Shown: positions 51,731 through 61,117, counted from the first letter of the whole stretch. The stretch is DNA of 63,098 nt, filler included, from Globobulimina sp. (GCA_003354225.1; 11 parts of 11 records of this genome joined end to end with filler, not necessarily neighbours in it), one strand, 5' to 3'. Made by a program: numbers and translations. Notes: generated from the sequence alone by a model not told the origin.

Positions 51731-52763
51731 TAGGCAGAAATGGAAAGTATATTTTGGCCGAGCACAGCTGCACTTGGTGCCTTTGCAGCATCGTGGTTAG
51801 CCCATGCATACCACCCGTATCATCAATTATGGCATATTTTGATTCTCCTCCTCTGCCTTCGTCATTTTTCTCTATAAAATATCCATTTTTTAATTTATTT
51901 TCAATACTCTCTATAATTTCTATCTTAAATGCGTCCAAATCACCTTTTAAAATATGATAATATCCATCCATTTGATGATATTTTACATCTATCAAACCAT
52001 CAAACCTATCATCAATATATTTATTTATTTCATTAATATCAAACTCAGTATTTATGCTGTCCACATTATTGCATTTTATATCCTTTAATTCCATCCAAAA
52101 CCATACCAAAAAGCCAATAAAAATGCAAATAACAATAATATTCAACATTATCCATACACTCACAAAAGATTTATTCACCTTATTTTTACTTTGTATATGT
52201 TTTAGTTTCTCAAAATCTCTCTTTATTCTTGATATTTGTTGCTGAATCGGTATAAATTTACATTCATTTTTAATGTGACTCGACAAATATTTATATTTTC
52301 CAATCCATTCACATCCGATATCACTATCGACCTCCAATGAAAATGATACATTATTATTATTATTCATTTTGTGTGTTCCTTCATGATCAGAATTCCTATG
52401 ATCTGCTTCCGAGGCAATATGTCCATGATCTGTATCATAAAGAAATATTTGCTCGTTTTTATCCTCATCATTATCACTATGCTCCTTTGCAATAACTTCA
52501 TTGGTTGAATATGGACAAATTACATTCAATTCATTCATTACTAATCTTTGTTGCGTTGCTGGTTTAAATATTGGATGCAAATGATGAGTAAATGGGCATT
52601 TCTTATAATTATCAATGAATAATAATGCACACGTTGAACAATATAATGTGCTCTGCTTTTTGTGATGTTTTAACTTACAATCTAATAACATGGCATTATG
52701 TGCTATCTCATGACATGATCTACACAGAAATTGCTTCGTATCTTCTTGACTCACAAACGACAT
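51731..52763 (-). CDS. RING/TRAF-type zinc-finger membrane protein, 3'-truncated
   Basis: FLCRSC..C..H..YCSTC..KCP, VICPY and GCEWIG...HIKNEC, followed by a TM segment. Confidence 0.7.
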
Positions 52764-52807
52764 TATTAAACTTTAGAATCTCAAAATGCAGTACAAAGGT
52801 TTTTGAT

Positions 52808-53581
52808 TTATTTTTTGGTCAAATCATCAACGTTGATAATTGATATAGATTCCCCTGAAGAAGACACCCAAAAACATACTGCAAATTTATATTTTATGGC
52901 ATCTCCTTTCGTAATATTTTCAAAGCATATTGTTTCCGTATTATCCACACGTATTTTTATATTTGATTGATCCAAATCCAATGTCAATCGTACTTTTGAT
53001 TCTTTACAAGTGCCCAAATGATCATAGTCAAATCGGGATCCATGTCTTTGGCCATTAATATATGGTTCACCGTCTAAACATATCGCATAGCTCTCATTTT
53101 GGCGATTAAATGCAAATCCGCGATTCAATACCGTGTCAGTTGTAGAAAATCCAATAATTAAATTACCAAAACTGTCTATTTGAGTAACATCTAAGTCAAA
53201 TGCGATGCTTCCATTTAACGTGGAATTTATCCATGTTTTGTGATATACACTGAACACAGAGAAGTTGGCCATTGTCACTGTTTCATTGTATACTCCGCTT
53301 ATTTTAATACCTTTTCCGCATCGATCGGTATCAAACCCTAAGTCTGGATAAAAATTCAATATTAGTTGGTATATCACCTGTGGTATGACTATATGTGACA
53401 GTTGTTTTATTTCAAAATCTTTGATAAATGCAGATACTACAATTTCTATGATATGGCGAGTCAAACTGTCAGACATGATGGCGGCGGAAATTACTATTGC
53501 ACTTTTTTCACTGTGTAGTGTCAGCTGATCATAAGAGCGTATTTTGAGAATATTACATGATCCAATCACTGCGGTCACCAC
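52808..53581 (-). CDS. SPRY/B30.2-like beta-sandwich protein; start probably near 53476
   Basis: LIIGFS, YAI..DG, VRLTLDLDQSNIKIRVDN and YKFAV; N-terminal IPQVIYQLILNFY helix. Confidence 0.6.
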   Translation of the reverse strand: MVTAVIGSCNILKIRSYDQLTLHSEKSAIVISAAIMSDSLTRHIIEIVVSAFIKDFEIKQLSHIVIPQVIYQLILNFYPDLGFDTDRCGKGIKISGVYNETVTMANFSVFSVYHKTWINSTLNGSIAFDLDVTQIDSFGNLIIGFSTTDTVLNRGFAFNRQNESYAICLDGEPYINGQRHGSRFDYDHLGTCKESKVRLTLDLDQSNIKIRVDNTETICFENITKGDAIKYKFAVCFWVSSSGESISIINVDDLTKK

Positions 53582-53589
53582 AATGTATT

Positions 53590-53935
53590 ATATTTGTTAA
53601 TTTAAATTCTTTAATTTCAAGATACAAAAACTAAAAATTAGGAGTTCCCATAAGCTGTAAATCAGGATACAAAAACTAAAAAGAAATAATCACTGACGTA
53701 TGTTAATTCAAGGGAGATTGCTAAGCGTTGTTTGTTCGTGTTTATTCTCAACATATCTAAATTAAAACACCGTACACATATCGACACAGATGCATTCTCT
53801 CCACCTTACACACCACTGTGGTGATCGGACTTCAACTTTTGGAGTTGATTGCTCACCACAATAAATTAGCTCAATAATTGTATCTGCAGTGGTTGTGTCT
53901 GCAGTGAAATTAGCTCAATAGTCATTGCAGTGATA
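53590..53935 (+). repeat. Dispersed ~350-bp non-coding repeat, copy 1 (copy 2 at 56460-56780)
   Basis: Shared blocks ATATTTGTTAATTTAAATTCTTT, GAGTTCCCATAAGCTGTAAATCA.GATACAAA, AAACACCGTA and AAATTAGC.CAATA..TG...CTGCAGTG. Confidence 0.8.
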
Positions 53936-54004
53936 ATTTACGGAAATTGGAAGGAAAATGATACCCATTCGATTTTACGCCAAACAATGGACTGAAGTAA
54001 AATG

Positions 54005-54790
54005 TTAAAATTCAACTCTTGTATGGAAGCTATATCTGTGTTTCCCGAGTTTGTCATATTTCTGCTCCAATTGTGGTGGACAAGAATTCCGATCTATACT
54101 AACGACAGAATGCCAAATTTGAGCTTCTTCCGACGAATCAAACAGCAAAACATCACCACTTTGAAATTTCATAATGATTCCATTTTCATTCTGTTTCATT
54201 ATTCGCGGACTGTTGACATAGAAATTAGCAGTACATCCAATGGAATATAACACGACTACACCGGGATAATTATCCAAATGTTTAGCCAATGCTCCATTCT
54301 CTTTGTCATGACAGCAATATTCACCCACAAATCCATTATTGAGTCCATTTAAATCCGCCTTATTTCGGAGATATGTTTTAATTTGCTTTAATTTATGATG
54401 TTTTTGGACCATTTTAATTGTTTTGTTTAATAATTTGGAATATAATGAATTTGGATTCTCATATTTTTTGATTTCTGCTTCCACCGCTTTTTGATATTTG
54501 GTGGCCGATGAAATCTCATTTCGATCTTTTTTTTGGCCCTTCAAACAATGATATAAATTCTGATGAGGATGTTTCATTAATTCTTGATATAATTCAATTT
54601 GTTCATCGATACTGAAGACATTCTTCAATAATATGCAGTTTTCATGGAATTCCTCAATGGCGGTCTTTCCATCGATATCGAATGTAAATCTGTTTACAAA
54701 TGCTATCAATCCATCCACTCTCTGCACCAAATCAACCACGGATTCTTTGTTTTCCTTTACATCATTATTATTATCCATTAATTTTGTCAA
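54005..54790 (-). CDS. AlkB-like 2OG-Fe(II) dioxygenase
   Basis: LLKNVFSIDEQ, HLD (HxD), YSIGCTANF, SGDVLLF, WHSV and RYSFHTR. Confidence 0.8.
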   Translation of the reverse strand: MTKLMDNNNDVKENKESVVDLVQRVDGLIAFVNRFTFDIDGKTAIEEFHENCILLKNVFSIDEQIELYQELMKHPHQNLYHCLKGQKKDRNEISSATKYQKAVEAEIKKYENPNSLYSKLLNKTIKMVQKHHKLKQIKTYLRNKADLNGLNNGFVGEYCCHDKENGALAKHLDNYPGVVVLYSIGCTANFYVNSPRIMKQNENGIIMKFQSGDVLLFDSSEEAQIWHSVVSIDRNSCPPQLEQKYDKLGKHRYSFHTRVEF

Positions 54791-54851
54791 ATGTCAGATA
54801 TAATGGCGGAAATTACTAGTGCAGTTTTTTCAGTGTTAGCAGATCATAATC

Positions 54852-56438
54852 ATGGCCGTCATGCTTTTATTGACATCAACAATCATATTCAAATTATCAT
54901 TACCAAGCACCACTATGAATCATCCATATTACATATCACAGAATCGACTGTCTTTCGCTGACTCTGAACTATTTTGCAAGGTGCAATGTTCCAGTCATCT
55001 TGCATCGATCCATAATGAAATTGATTACAATCGATCTCTACAACAAATCCGGGAAAACAATTATGAAAATACTGACAATATTTGGATTGGTTTACATGAC
55101 ATTCACACTGAAACACTCTACCAATGGACCGATAATTCATCCTTCAACTTTGCGAGTGACATATCCGGCGGTGAATGGCCGTGGAAATCTAATTCGCCAA
55201 ACAATGCCAACGTCAATCATGGCGGACAGAATTGTATTCAACTTTCTTTTTATTTTAATTATTTGTTTGACGACACTGAGTGTAATAATATGAATACAAT
55301 TCTATGCAATAAATGTGATAGCACCATACATAAATATTTGATAATCAATCAACAAGTTTCGAACTGGAATGATGCACTTCAACATTGCTATGATATTGGC
55401 ACAAATCTAGCAGCCATACACTCAGATTATCACTACAGACAAGCAACATTTTTGTGTTCGATTACAAATAGTGACAGTAACAGTTGTTGGATCGGAGAAA
55501 GTTCATTTATTAAACATAAAATACATCAAAGTATATCCAATCAATATAGGATTGCTTTGATTGGGGAACAATTAACAGTGCAGTTAATGGATGAAAAGAG
55601 ATATTTTTTATGTGATATGCCATCAGAGATATATTACAAACAACAATGGCATATAATTTACGGGAATTGGAATGATACCCATTTTATGGCTGTTATGTAC
55701 GGCAAACAATGGATTAATACAAATGGAGTATTGGTCATTGAATATGTGGTTAAAATTATGGACATTATTGCTGATATAAATGATGCTACATCGGGCGTAT
55801 TGATATTTAATCAGCATTCAATATGTCATGGTTATTATGCAGGTATTTTATATGGAGGATCTGATGGACGTTTTTATGTATTTATAGCGGAAATGAATAT
55901 ATATACAAGCAATTATAATAGGAGTAACATACATATTTTGCACAATGTTTCATTGAGTGAGAGCGTTGATGGATATTATTTGTTGAGAGTGGAAATAATA
56001 AATAACAGTATGTATCATATTTCAGTGAATAATGTTAAATATATTGTTTATAAGATTGTAGATATCGATAATGATACAATGAATGATACGGATAATTTTG
56101 GCTTATCTGGTCATATCGGACTATGTCATTCTAATTTGCAAATTGAGATTAAATCTCTATATGTTTCTGGTTCTAAGATATCAATGAATAATTCTGAAAT
56201 AATGGAGGATTGTATGCGTAGCATTGGAATGAATGATGAATATGCGACTAGCTATAGAAAACAGATGAGATCATTTGGATTTTTAGTGTCATTCGTGATT
56301 ATAGTTGTGGTATTTTTGTGTGCAGTGGTTTGCGTTTGCTTGATTTGTCCGTGGAGAGAAGATAATGTCATTCGCAGGAAACTACGCACCAGAGATGTAT
56401 TATATAATCAAATCGTTCAACACATTTTCAAATTTTGA
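54852..56438 (+). CDS. C-type lectin domain type I membrane protein (two CTLDs)
   Basis: Signal peptide; FC...HLASIH, WIGLHD, YQWTD, PNN..QNC and DDTEC; second CTLD with NLAAIHS and CWIG; C-terminal TM. Confidence 0.85.
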   Translation: MAVMLLLTSTIIFKLSLPSTTMNHPYYISQNRLSFADSELFCKVQCSSHLASIHNEIDYNRSLQQIRENNYENTDNIWIGLHDIHTETLYQWTDNSSFNFASDISGGEWPWKSNSPNNANVNHGGQNCIQLSFYFNYLFDDTECNNMNTILCNKCDSTIHKYLIINQQVSNWNDALQHCYDIGTNLAAIHSDYHYRQATFLCSITNSDSNSCWIGESSFIKHKIHQSISNQYRIALIGEQLTVQLMDEKRYFLCDMPSEIYYKQQWHIIYGNWNDTHFMAVMYGKQWINTNGVLVIEYVVKIMDIIADINDATSGVLIFNQHSICHGYYAGILYGGSDGRFYVFIAEMNIYTSNYNRSNIHILHNVSLSESVDGYYLLRVEIINNSMYHISVNNVKYIVYKIVDIDNDTMNDTDNFGLSGHIGLCHSNLQIEIKSLYVSGSKISMNNSEIMEDCMRSIGMNDEYATSYRKQMRSFGFLVSFVIIVVVFLCAVVCVCLICPWREDNVIRRKLRTRDVLYNQIVQHIFKF

Positions 56439-56459
56439 GAGTAATTTGAGACAATTATA

Positions 56460-56780
56460 ATATTTGTTAATTTAAATTCTTTTTTTTTTAGAGTTCCCAT
56501 AAGCTGTAAATCAAGATACAAATACTATAAAAATAAATGATTACTGATATGCTAATTGCAAGGAAATTACTATAAATATTGTTTGTTTGTGTTATCTCCC
56601 AGCAAGAGGATCCACAAACACCGTATAAATACTCATCAACACAGATTTTCATTGTGGTGGTCGCTCAGTGAGCTAATTTATTGTGGAGAGCAATCAAGTC
56701 CAGAAGTTGAAGTCCGATCACCACAATGAAAATTAGCACAATAGTTGTGACTGCAGTGACTACAATGATTGCAGTGCATT
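56460..56780 (+). repeat. Dispersed non-coding repeat, copy 2, with an internally inverted segment
   Basis: Collinear with 53590-53935 except that 56670-56725 is the reverse complement of 53817-53873. Confidence 0.8.
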
Positions 56781-57465
56781 TGTCTAGGTCTCCACAATAA
56801 TATACTCCCAACACTCTCCACAATGTGGGAAATTAGAAAATAAACAACCATCGCCACATTCATCCATTTCCTCTTCACATATTTTCAATGTTTTATCACA
56901 CTTTGTACATTTTTGATTGTTTGGAATATAGGAAGGAAAATAGGTTATCTTTTTACATTTTATTAATAATGTTAAAAACGTTTTTAATGATTAATGGATT
57001 TAAACATTTCTTGAAAAGCTTCCTGATCGAAATTAGCATAATTTATAATTTCTAAATAATTTAGATTCAATCGGGAAGACTTTGCTACCCATTTTCTGTT
57101 TTTTCTTTAGTGGTTCATCGATTGTTTGATTTTCATTTGTTCCAAGTATTCGTTTCATTCTTCAATTAACTCAATAAAGGTGGTACAACACGTAATGCTT
57201 CCGGCGTACGTAATGATGCTGTTTTTCTAGTTTTTGGTGACTTACTTCAAAAAAGAATGAAGAGGCGCGTTCCGACTTTGTTGGATGAGCTCAAGGACAA
57301 ATCAGTACCTACATCACGAGTGCAATATACATCCACAAATGTAATTCTTCCAAACACATCAAATANNNNNNNNNNNNNNNNNNNNNNNNNNNNNNNNNNN
57401 NNNNNNNNNTTAATTAATTAANNNNNNNNNNNNNNNNNNNNNNNNNNNNNNNNNNNNNNNNNNNN

Positions 57466-57528
57466 GACTTTTGAGAAATCATTACCATCTGGTAATCCGT
57501 TTGTTTCAGTATCAAAAATTGCGAACAT
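57466..57528 (-). CDS. N-terminus of a DEDDh/DnaQ-like 3'-5' exonuclease, truncated by the contig end
   Basis: Manual translation MFAIFDTETNGLPDGNDFSKV contains the ExoI motif FDTETxGLP. Confidence 0.7.
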
Positions 57529-57637
57529 TTTATATTAAAAGTTAAGAATATAAAAAGGTTTTTGTTATTTTAAAAGAGTTTTATTTTAGAGTTTGTTGAT
57601 AAAAATGGATAATTATGAGTTGTAGATATATTACGAA

Positions 57638-57645
57638 TCAATTTT
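57638..57645 (-). promoter_or_regulatory. AAAATTGA Mimiviridae-type early promoter motif
   Basis: Exact octamer on the minus strand, ~110 nt upstream of the exonuclease ATG. Short AT-rich motif, so a chance match is possible. Confidence 0.5.
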
Positions 57646-57664
57646 AATTTTGATTAATTATTTT

Positions 57665-57997
57665 TCAACGCCAATTAAGTGCTTTACATACATAAAGAGG
57701 TGTTTTTGGAACAAGTACTCCATTAGTAAAATATATAATTTTTAGTATTTTATCATTATGTAAACCAGTTGCAATCTCAGGCGTTGTATTTAAAATAAAA
57801 TTTTGGTTTGGGATTCTGCCAGTTATCATTTGGCCTGGATTTTTGTTACTTATAATTTCAATATTTATTTGCCCAGTAATAGCAAATTTATTATCAAGGA
57901 AAGCATCGGATATTTTCCATGCAAGAGTGCAATGATGGTCACATGTATTTTGTAAATCATCGTGATTTGAAACAATTCGTAATGTTGGTGTTGTCAT
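57665..57997 (-). CDS. Hypothetical protein (putative viral)
   Basis: 110-aa ATG ORF with an AT-rich leader. Confidence 0.6.
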   Translation of the reverse strand: MTTPTLRIVSNHDDLQNTCDHHCTLAWKISDAFLDNKFAITGQINIEIISNKNPGQMITGRIPNQNFILNTTPEIATGLHNDKILKIIYFTNGVLVPKTPLYVCKALNWR

Positions 57998-58216
57998 TTG
58001 TTATATATATTAACCAAATATTTTGTTTTTGTGAATTATGATAAACAAATTAATATTAATCATTGGTTATATCTATATTACGATTTAACATAGATTTAAC
58101 ATAGATAAGAAGATTTTGATTTTCTTATTTATAGTGTTTGGATATAAATGGATATTATCGTAAAATATGAATAGAATATTTAAAAAAAAACTTAAAAAAA
58201 ATTAAAAATAGACTTA

Positions 58217-58675
58217 TTATGTTGAGTGATAAGAAATTGGACCTGGACCAGGAATTCTTGGACCAATAGTACAAGTTGAAATACTATTAACATATTCAAA
58301 CCAAACGACTTTTCTCTTTTTTAATCTAGTTACAACTTGTGGAACTTGTTGAATACAGATTATTTGTGATCTTACCATATGTGTTCCCTCTTGATTTACA
58401 ACTTCAATATAAGCAGGACCATTATTTATCATTTGTTGTAATCGTGAGCTATTTATTTTCCAATTGCCTGTTCGTTGATGAACACGAGTTCGTTCTAAAC
58501 TATCAACTGTTCTTACACGTAATGTATTTATAGGTGTTGGTGTTGGTTCTGATAATTCCTCTTTAATTTCAAGAACTTCAACATTTTCTTTTTTTTCTTC
58601 TTTTTGTTCAGTATAGAATTGAGTAAGTATTGAACCATCAGGGCTTTCGTATATTGATTTTACTGCTTGTGTCAT
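58217..58675 (-). CDS. Hypothetical protein (putative viral), likely start MTQAV
   Basis: ATG preceded by a TATA-rich leader; the upstream in-frame extension is low-complexity. Confidence 0.6.
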   Translation of the reverse strand: MTQAVKSIYESPDGSILTQFYTEQKEEKKENVEVLEIKEELSEPTPTPINTLRVRTVDSLERTRVHQRTGNWKINSSRLQQMINNGPAYIEVVNQEGTHMVRSQIICIQQVPQVVTRLKKRKVVWFEYVNSISTCTIGPRIPGPGPISYHST

Positions 58676-58915
58676 TTTCTTGTATATATTAGTATAATAT
58701 ATTATTTTTAAGTGAATTTTAATTCTCTTTTGGATATTTTTTATATATCGTATGGATACGATATTGGATATTATCCATATTTTATCCACATAATAACTTT
58801 ATAATATCCAATAATATCCAATAATTTCACATGTGTTTGTTAATTATAGGAAAAATCATTTTTTTTCGTTTAATTACCGTAAAAATAAAATATTTGCTAA
58901 TAATATAGATTTAAT

Positions 58916-60388
58916 ATGTCTAATTTTTTAATAAATGAACTTTCTAATTTAACAACAACCGAAAATAATGCCGTTTCATTTTTATCTACAAAACACCCTC
59001 TCGTTGATGCTTACTTCAAATTTGTAAGAGGTATTAACGATAATACAATCATAACTTACTTGGAAAAATGTTGGGAATATTCACCATTAATGACAATAAA
59101 ATTAATATTTCAAACAAGGGATATACGAAAAGGAAAAGGTGAAAGATATATTTTTCGTTATGCTATGCAATGGTTGGCAATGATTCATCCGACTTATTAT
59201 GAAAAAACATTCCCTTTAATAATGGAATATGGGCGAGCTGATGATATTATCATTAGTTCTTATAATACACCTTTAAAAAATGTTACATTAACTTATATAT
59301 GGGAACAATTACAAAATGATTTAATTAATATGAAGGAAGGCAAACCAATCAGTTTTATGGCTAAATGGTTTCCAAGTGAAAAATCACATCCTTGTTATAA
59401 TGACTTATGTAAAGTTGCTGACATAAATAAAGCAACAATGCGAAAAACATACATGACACCATTACGAAGCTATTTAAATATCGTTGAAACAATATTAAGT
59501 TCAAAGGATTATGATAAATTAAATGAAGATTATTTATCAAAAATACCTTCTCAGGCAATGAGAAAATTAAAAAAAGCATTACAAAAACACAGCCCTTATT
59601 GGTTAAGTTATATTAATAAATTACAAACTGGTGAAGCAAAGGTAAATGCTAAAACTTGTAATCCTAATGAATTAGTTCATGATTCAATGGAAGAAAATAA
59701 TGAAATAACTGAAAAACAATGGCAAGCAAAAATTGATGAATTAAGAAAATTAGGATCATTAGGCAATACATTAGTAGTATGTGATACTTCTGGTAGTATG
59801 TCGGGAATACCAATGGAAGTTTCAATAGCATTAGGCATACTAATTTCAAGATTAGTTAATGAGTCATGGAGAGATTTTGTAATAACATTTCAAAGTGACC
59901 CACATTTTGTAAAAATACCAAATTGTGAAGAAGTTGGATTACATAAAACAATAAATTTTTTATTAGATCAAGGACTATTTCCATGGGGTATGAAAACAAA
60001 TGTCATAAAAGTATTTAAACGAATATTAAAACGGGCACGAAGATTAAATATGATACAAGAAGAAATGCCTGAACGAATTATTGTAATAAGTGATATGCAA
60101 TTTGGTGAAGCAACCACTCATAATACTACCACTAATTTTGAGGAGATTAAAGAAATGTATAAATCATGTGGTTATGTGATGCCACAAATGGTTTTTTGGA
60201 ATGTCCGTGCGAATACTGATGATTTCCCATTAACTTCCGATGAAAATGGTGTAATGATGGTATCTGGGTTTTCACCTTATGTATTAAAAAATATCATAGA
60301 AGCAAATGATATTAATCCATTACAATTTGTATTAGATTTATTAAATAATGAAAGATATGATATTGTAGAAAAAAGATATGATAAATAA
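58916..60388 (+). CDS. DUF2828-type protein: TROVE/Ro60-like helical domain plus C-terminal vWA (MIDAS) domain
   Basis: FQTRDIRKGKGER, YGRADD, AKWFPSE, SKIPSQAM, KVNAKT, QWQ, VVCDTSGSM (DxSxS), ITF, WGMKTN, VISDMQF, FWNV and VSGFS. Confidence 0.85.
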   Translation: MSNFLINELSNLTTTENNAVSFLSTKHPLVDAYFKFVRGINDNTIITYLEKCWEYSPLMTIKLIFQTRDIRKGKGERYIFRYAMQWLAMIHPTYYEKTFPLIMEYGRADDIIISSYNTPLKNVTLTYIWEQLQNDLINMKEGKPISFMAKWFPSEKSHPCYNDLCKVADINKATMRKTYMTPLRSYLNIVETILSSKDYDKLNEDYLSKIPSQAMRKLKKALQKHSPYWLSYINKLQTGEAKVNAKTCNPNELVHDSMEENNEITEKQWQAKIDELRKLGSLGNTLVVCDTSGSMSGIPMEVSIALGILISRLVNESWRDFVITFQSDPHFVKIPNCEEVGLHKTINFLLDQGLFPWGMKTNVIKVFKRILKRARRLNMIQEEMPERIIVISDMQFGEATTHNTTTNFEEIKEMYKSCGYVMPQMVFWNVRANTDDFPLTSDENGVMMVSGFSPYVLKNIIEANDINPLQFVLDLLNNERYDIVEKRYDK

Positions 60389-60399
60389 TAATATTTTTA

Positions 60400-61000
60400 A
60401 AATATGTGTATCTTGTTAATAATCAAGATTGTCTCTTGTCAAAGAGATATACAGCAAAACACACTTAGTCTGGGTGAAATCCCTTGTTAGAGTTGATATG
60501 TTAAAGTACCAGTTATTTAATTAACAAAACTTAAAACTAAAAGGATAACAAACACCATTAATGAAACTACCGAAAAAGTTAATCTATTAGGTAGTGAATT
60601 TAGTGAAAGTAATTTATCCAAGATGTCTCTTGTCAAAGAGACACGCAGCAAACAAAATAGAGCAGTCGTAATTGACTAATTAAGGTGTCGTAACTCCTAA
60701 CTGATTATTCCCAACAGAATATCTAACAAATTACACTTCTCTTGTCAAAGAGACACACAGCAAAAACACTACTAGGATGAAGATAATATTTAATAAGAAA
60801 TTAAATATTTTTCTTCAACTTTTTCGTCACCTTAATTATTTATTAAATTAAAATAGGTGGTTATCCCACGAAAGAGAATGTGTTTAAAAAATTTTTGTTG
60901 AAAGTGAAATGAACAACTATAAGGGATAAACTCCGGTTAAGTTGAACATTTGACGTTCATTTTGAGTAAAGTTCTAAATGAAGCTGGACCAGCAACAGAT
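60400..61000 (+). ncRNA. Putative structured ncRNA array downstream of the DUF2828/TROVE-like gene
   Basis: No ORF, visibly GC-richer than the flanking intergenic DNA, with repeat units and many stems (see findings). Strand is inferred from the adjacent gene. Confidence 0.6.
60432..60764 (+). repeat. Three copies of a 27-nt repeat TCTCTTGTCAAAGAGA-YAY-RCAGCAAA (60432-60458, 60626-60652, 60738-60764) with 167- and 85-nt unique spacers
   Basis: The first 16 nt are identical in all copies and self-complementary (TCTCTT-GTCA-AAGAGA); CAGCAAA is invariant. Confidence 0.95.
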
Positions 61001-61037
61001 TTTTTTATAAACTCTTAAATAATAATCTGATTATTAT

Positions 61038-61068
61038 TTATTTTTTTAAATATTATTTAAAAAAATAA
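61038..61068. terminator. Perfect AT palindrome, candidate Mimiviridae-type 3'-end hairpin (second copy at 61593-61624)
   Basis: TTATTTTTTTAAATA-T-TATTTAAAAAAATAA, located after the array; the second copy follows the stop of ORF 61115-61588. Confidence 0.6.
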
Positions 61069-61088
61069 TTATTTGATAATATCATTTT

Positions 61089-61117
61089 AAATAAAAATAT
61101 TTACATATAATATAATG
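61089..61117 (+). promoter_or_regulatory. Repeated promoter/leader AAATA(A)AAATATTTACATATAATATA(A)ATG; copies also at 61647-61675 and 62277-62304
   Basis: Near-identical motif abutting the ATG of three consecutive genes; a related AAAATAAAATATTT..TAATATA lies upstream of 58916. Confidence 0.8.

Noticed and set aside
56678-56878. 66-aa Cys/His-rich ORF
   Set aside because: It overlaps the non-coding dispersed repeat, and the HCxHC pattern derives from repeated TGCAGTG units.
5665-57465. Regularly spaced TTAATTAATTAA motif, and any gene-neighbourhood link across it (e.g. LINE, DIRS or RNF213 with the viral contig)
   Set aside because: It is an artificial linker between size-sorted contigs, so adjacency across linkers has no biological meaning. 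ORFs ending in X...LIN are artefacts.
846-59849. Numerous short antisense or overlapping ORFs in the ORF track (e.g. 846-1244, 16185-16613, 42828-43280, 59361-59579)
   Set aside because: They are shadows of longer motif-bearing genes on the opposite strand or frame, with no independent motifs.
60432-60764. CRISPR array interpretation of the 27-nt palindromic repeats
   Set aside because: Spacers are 167 and 85 nt, unequal and internally structured; there are only three repeats and no cas gene on the contig.
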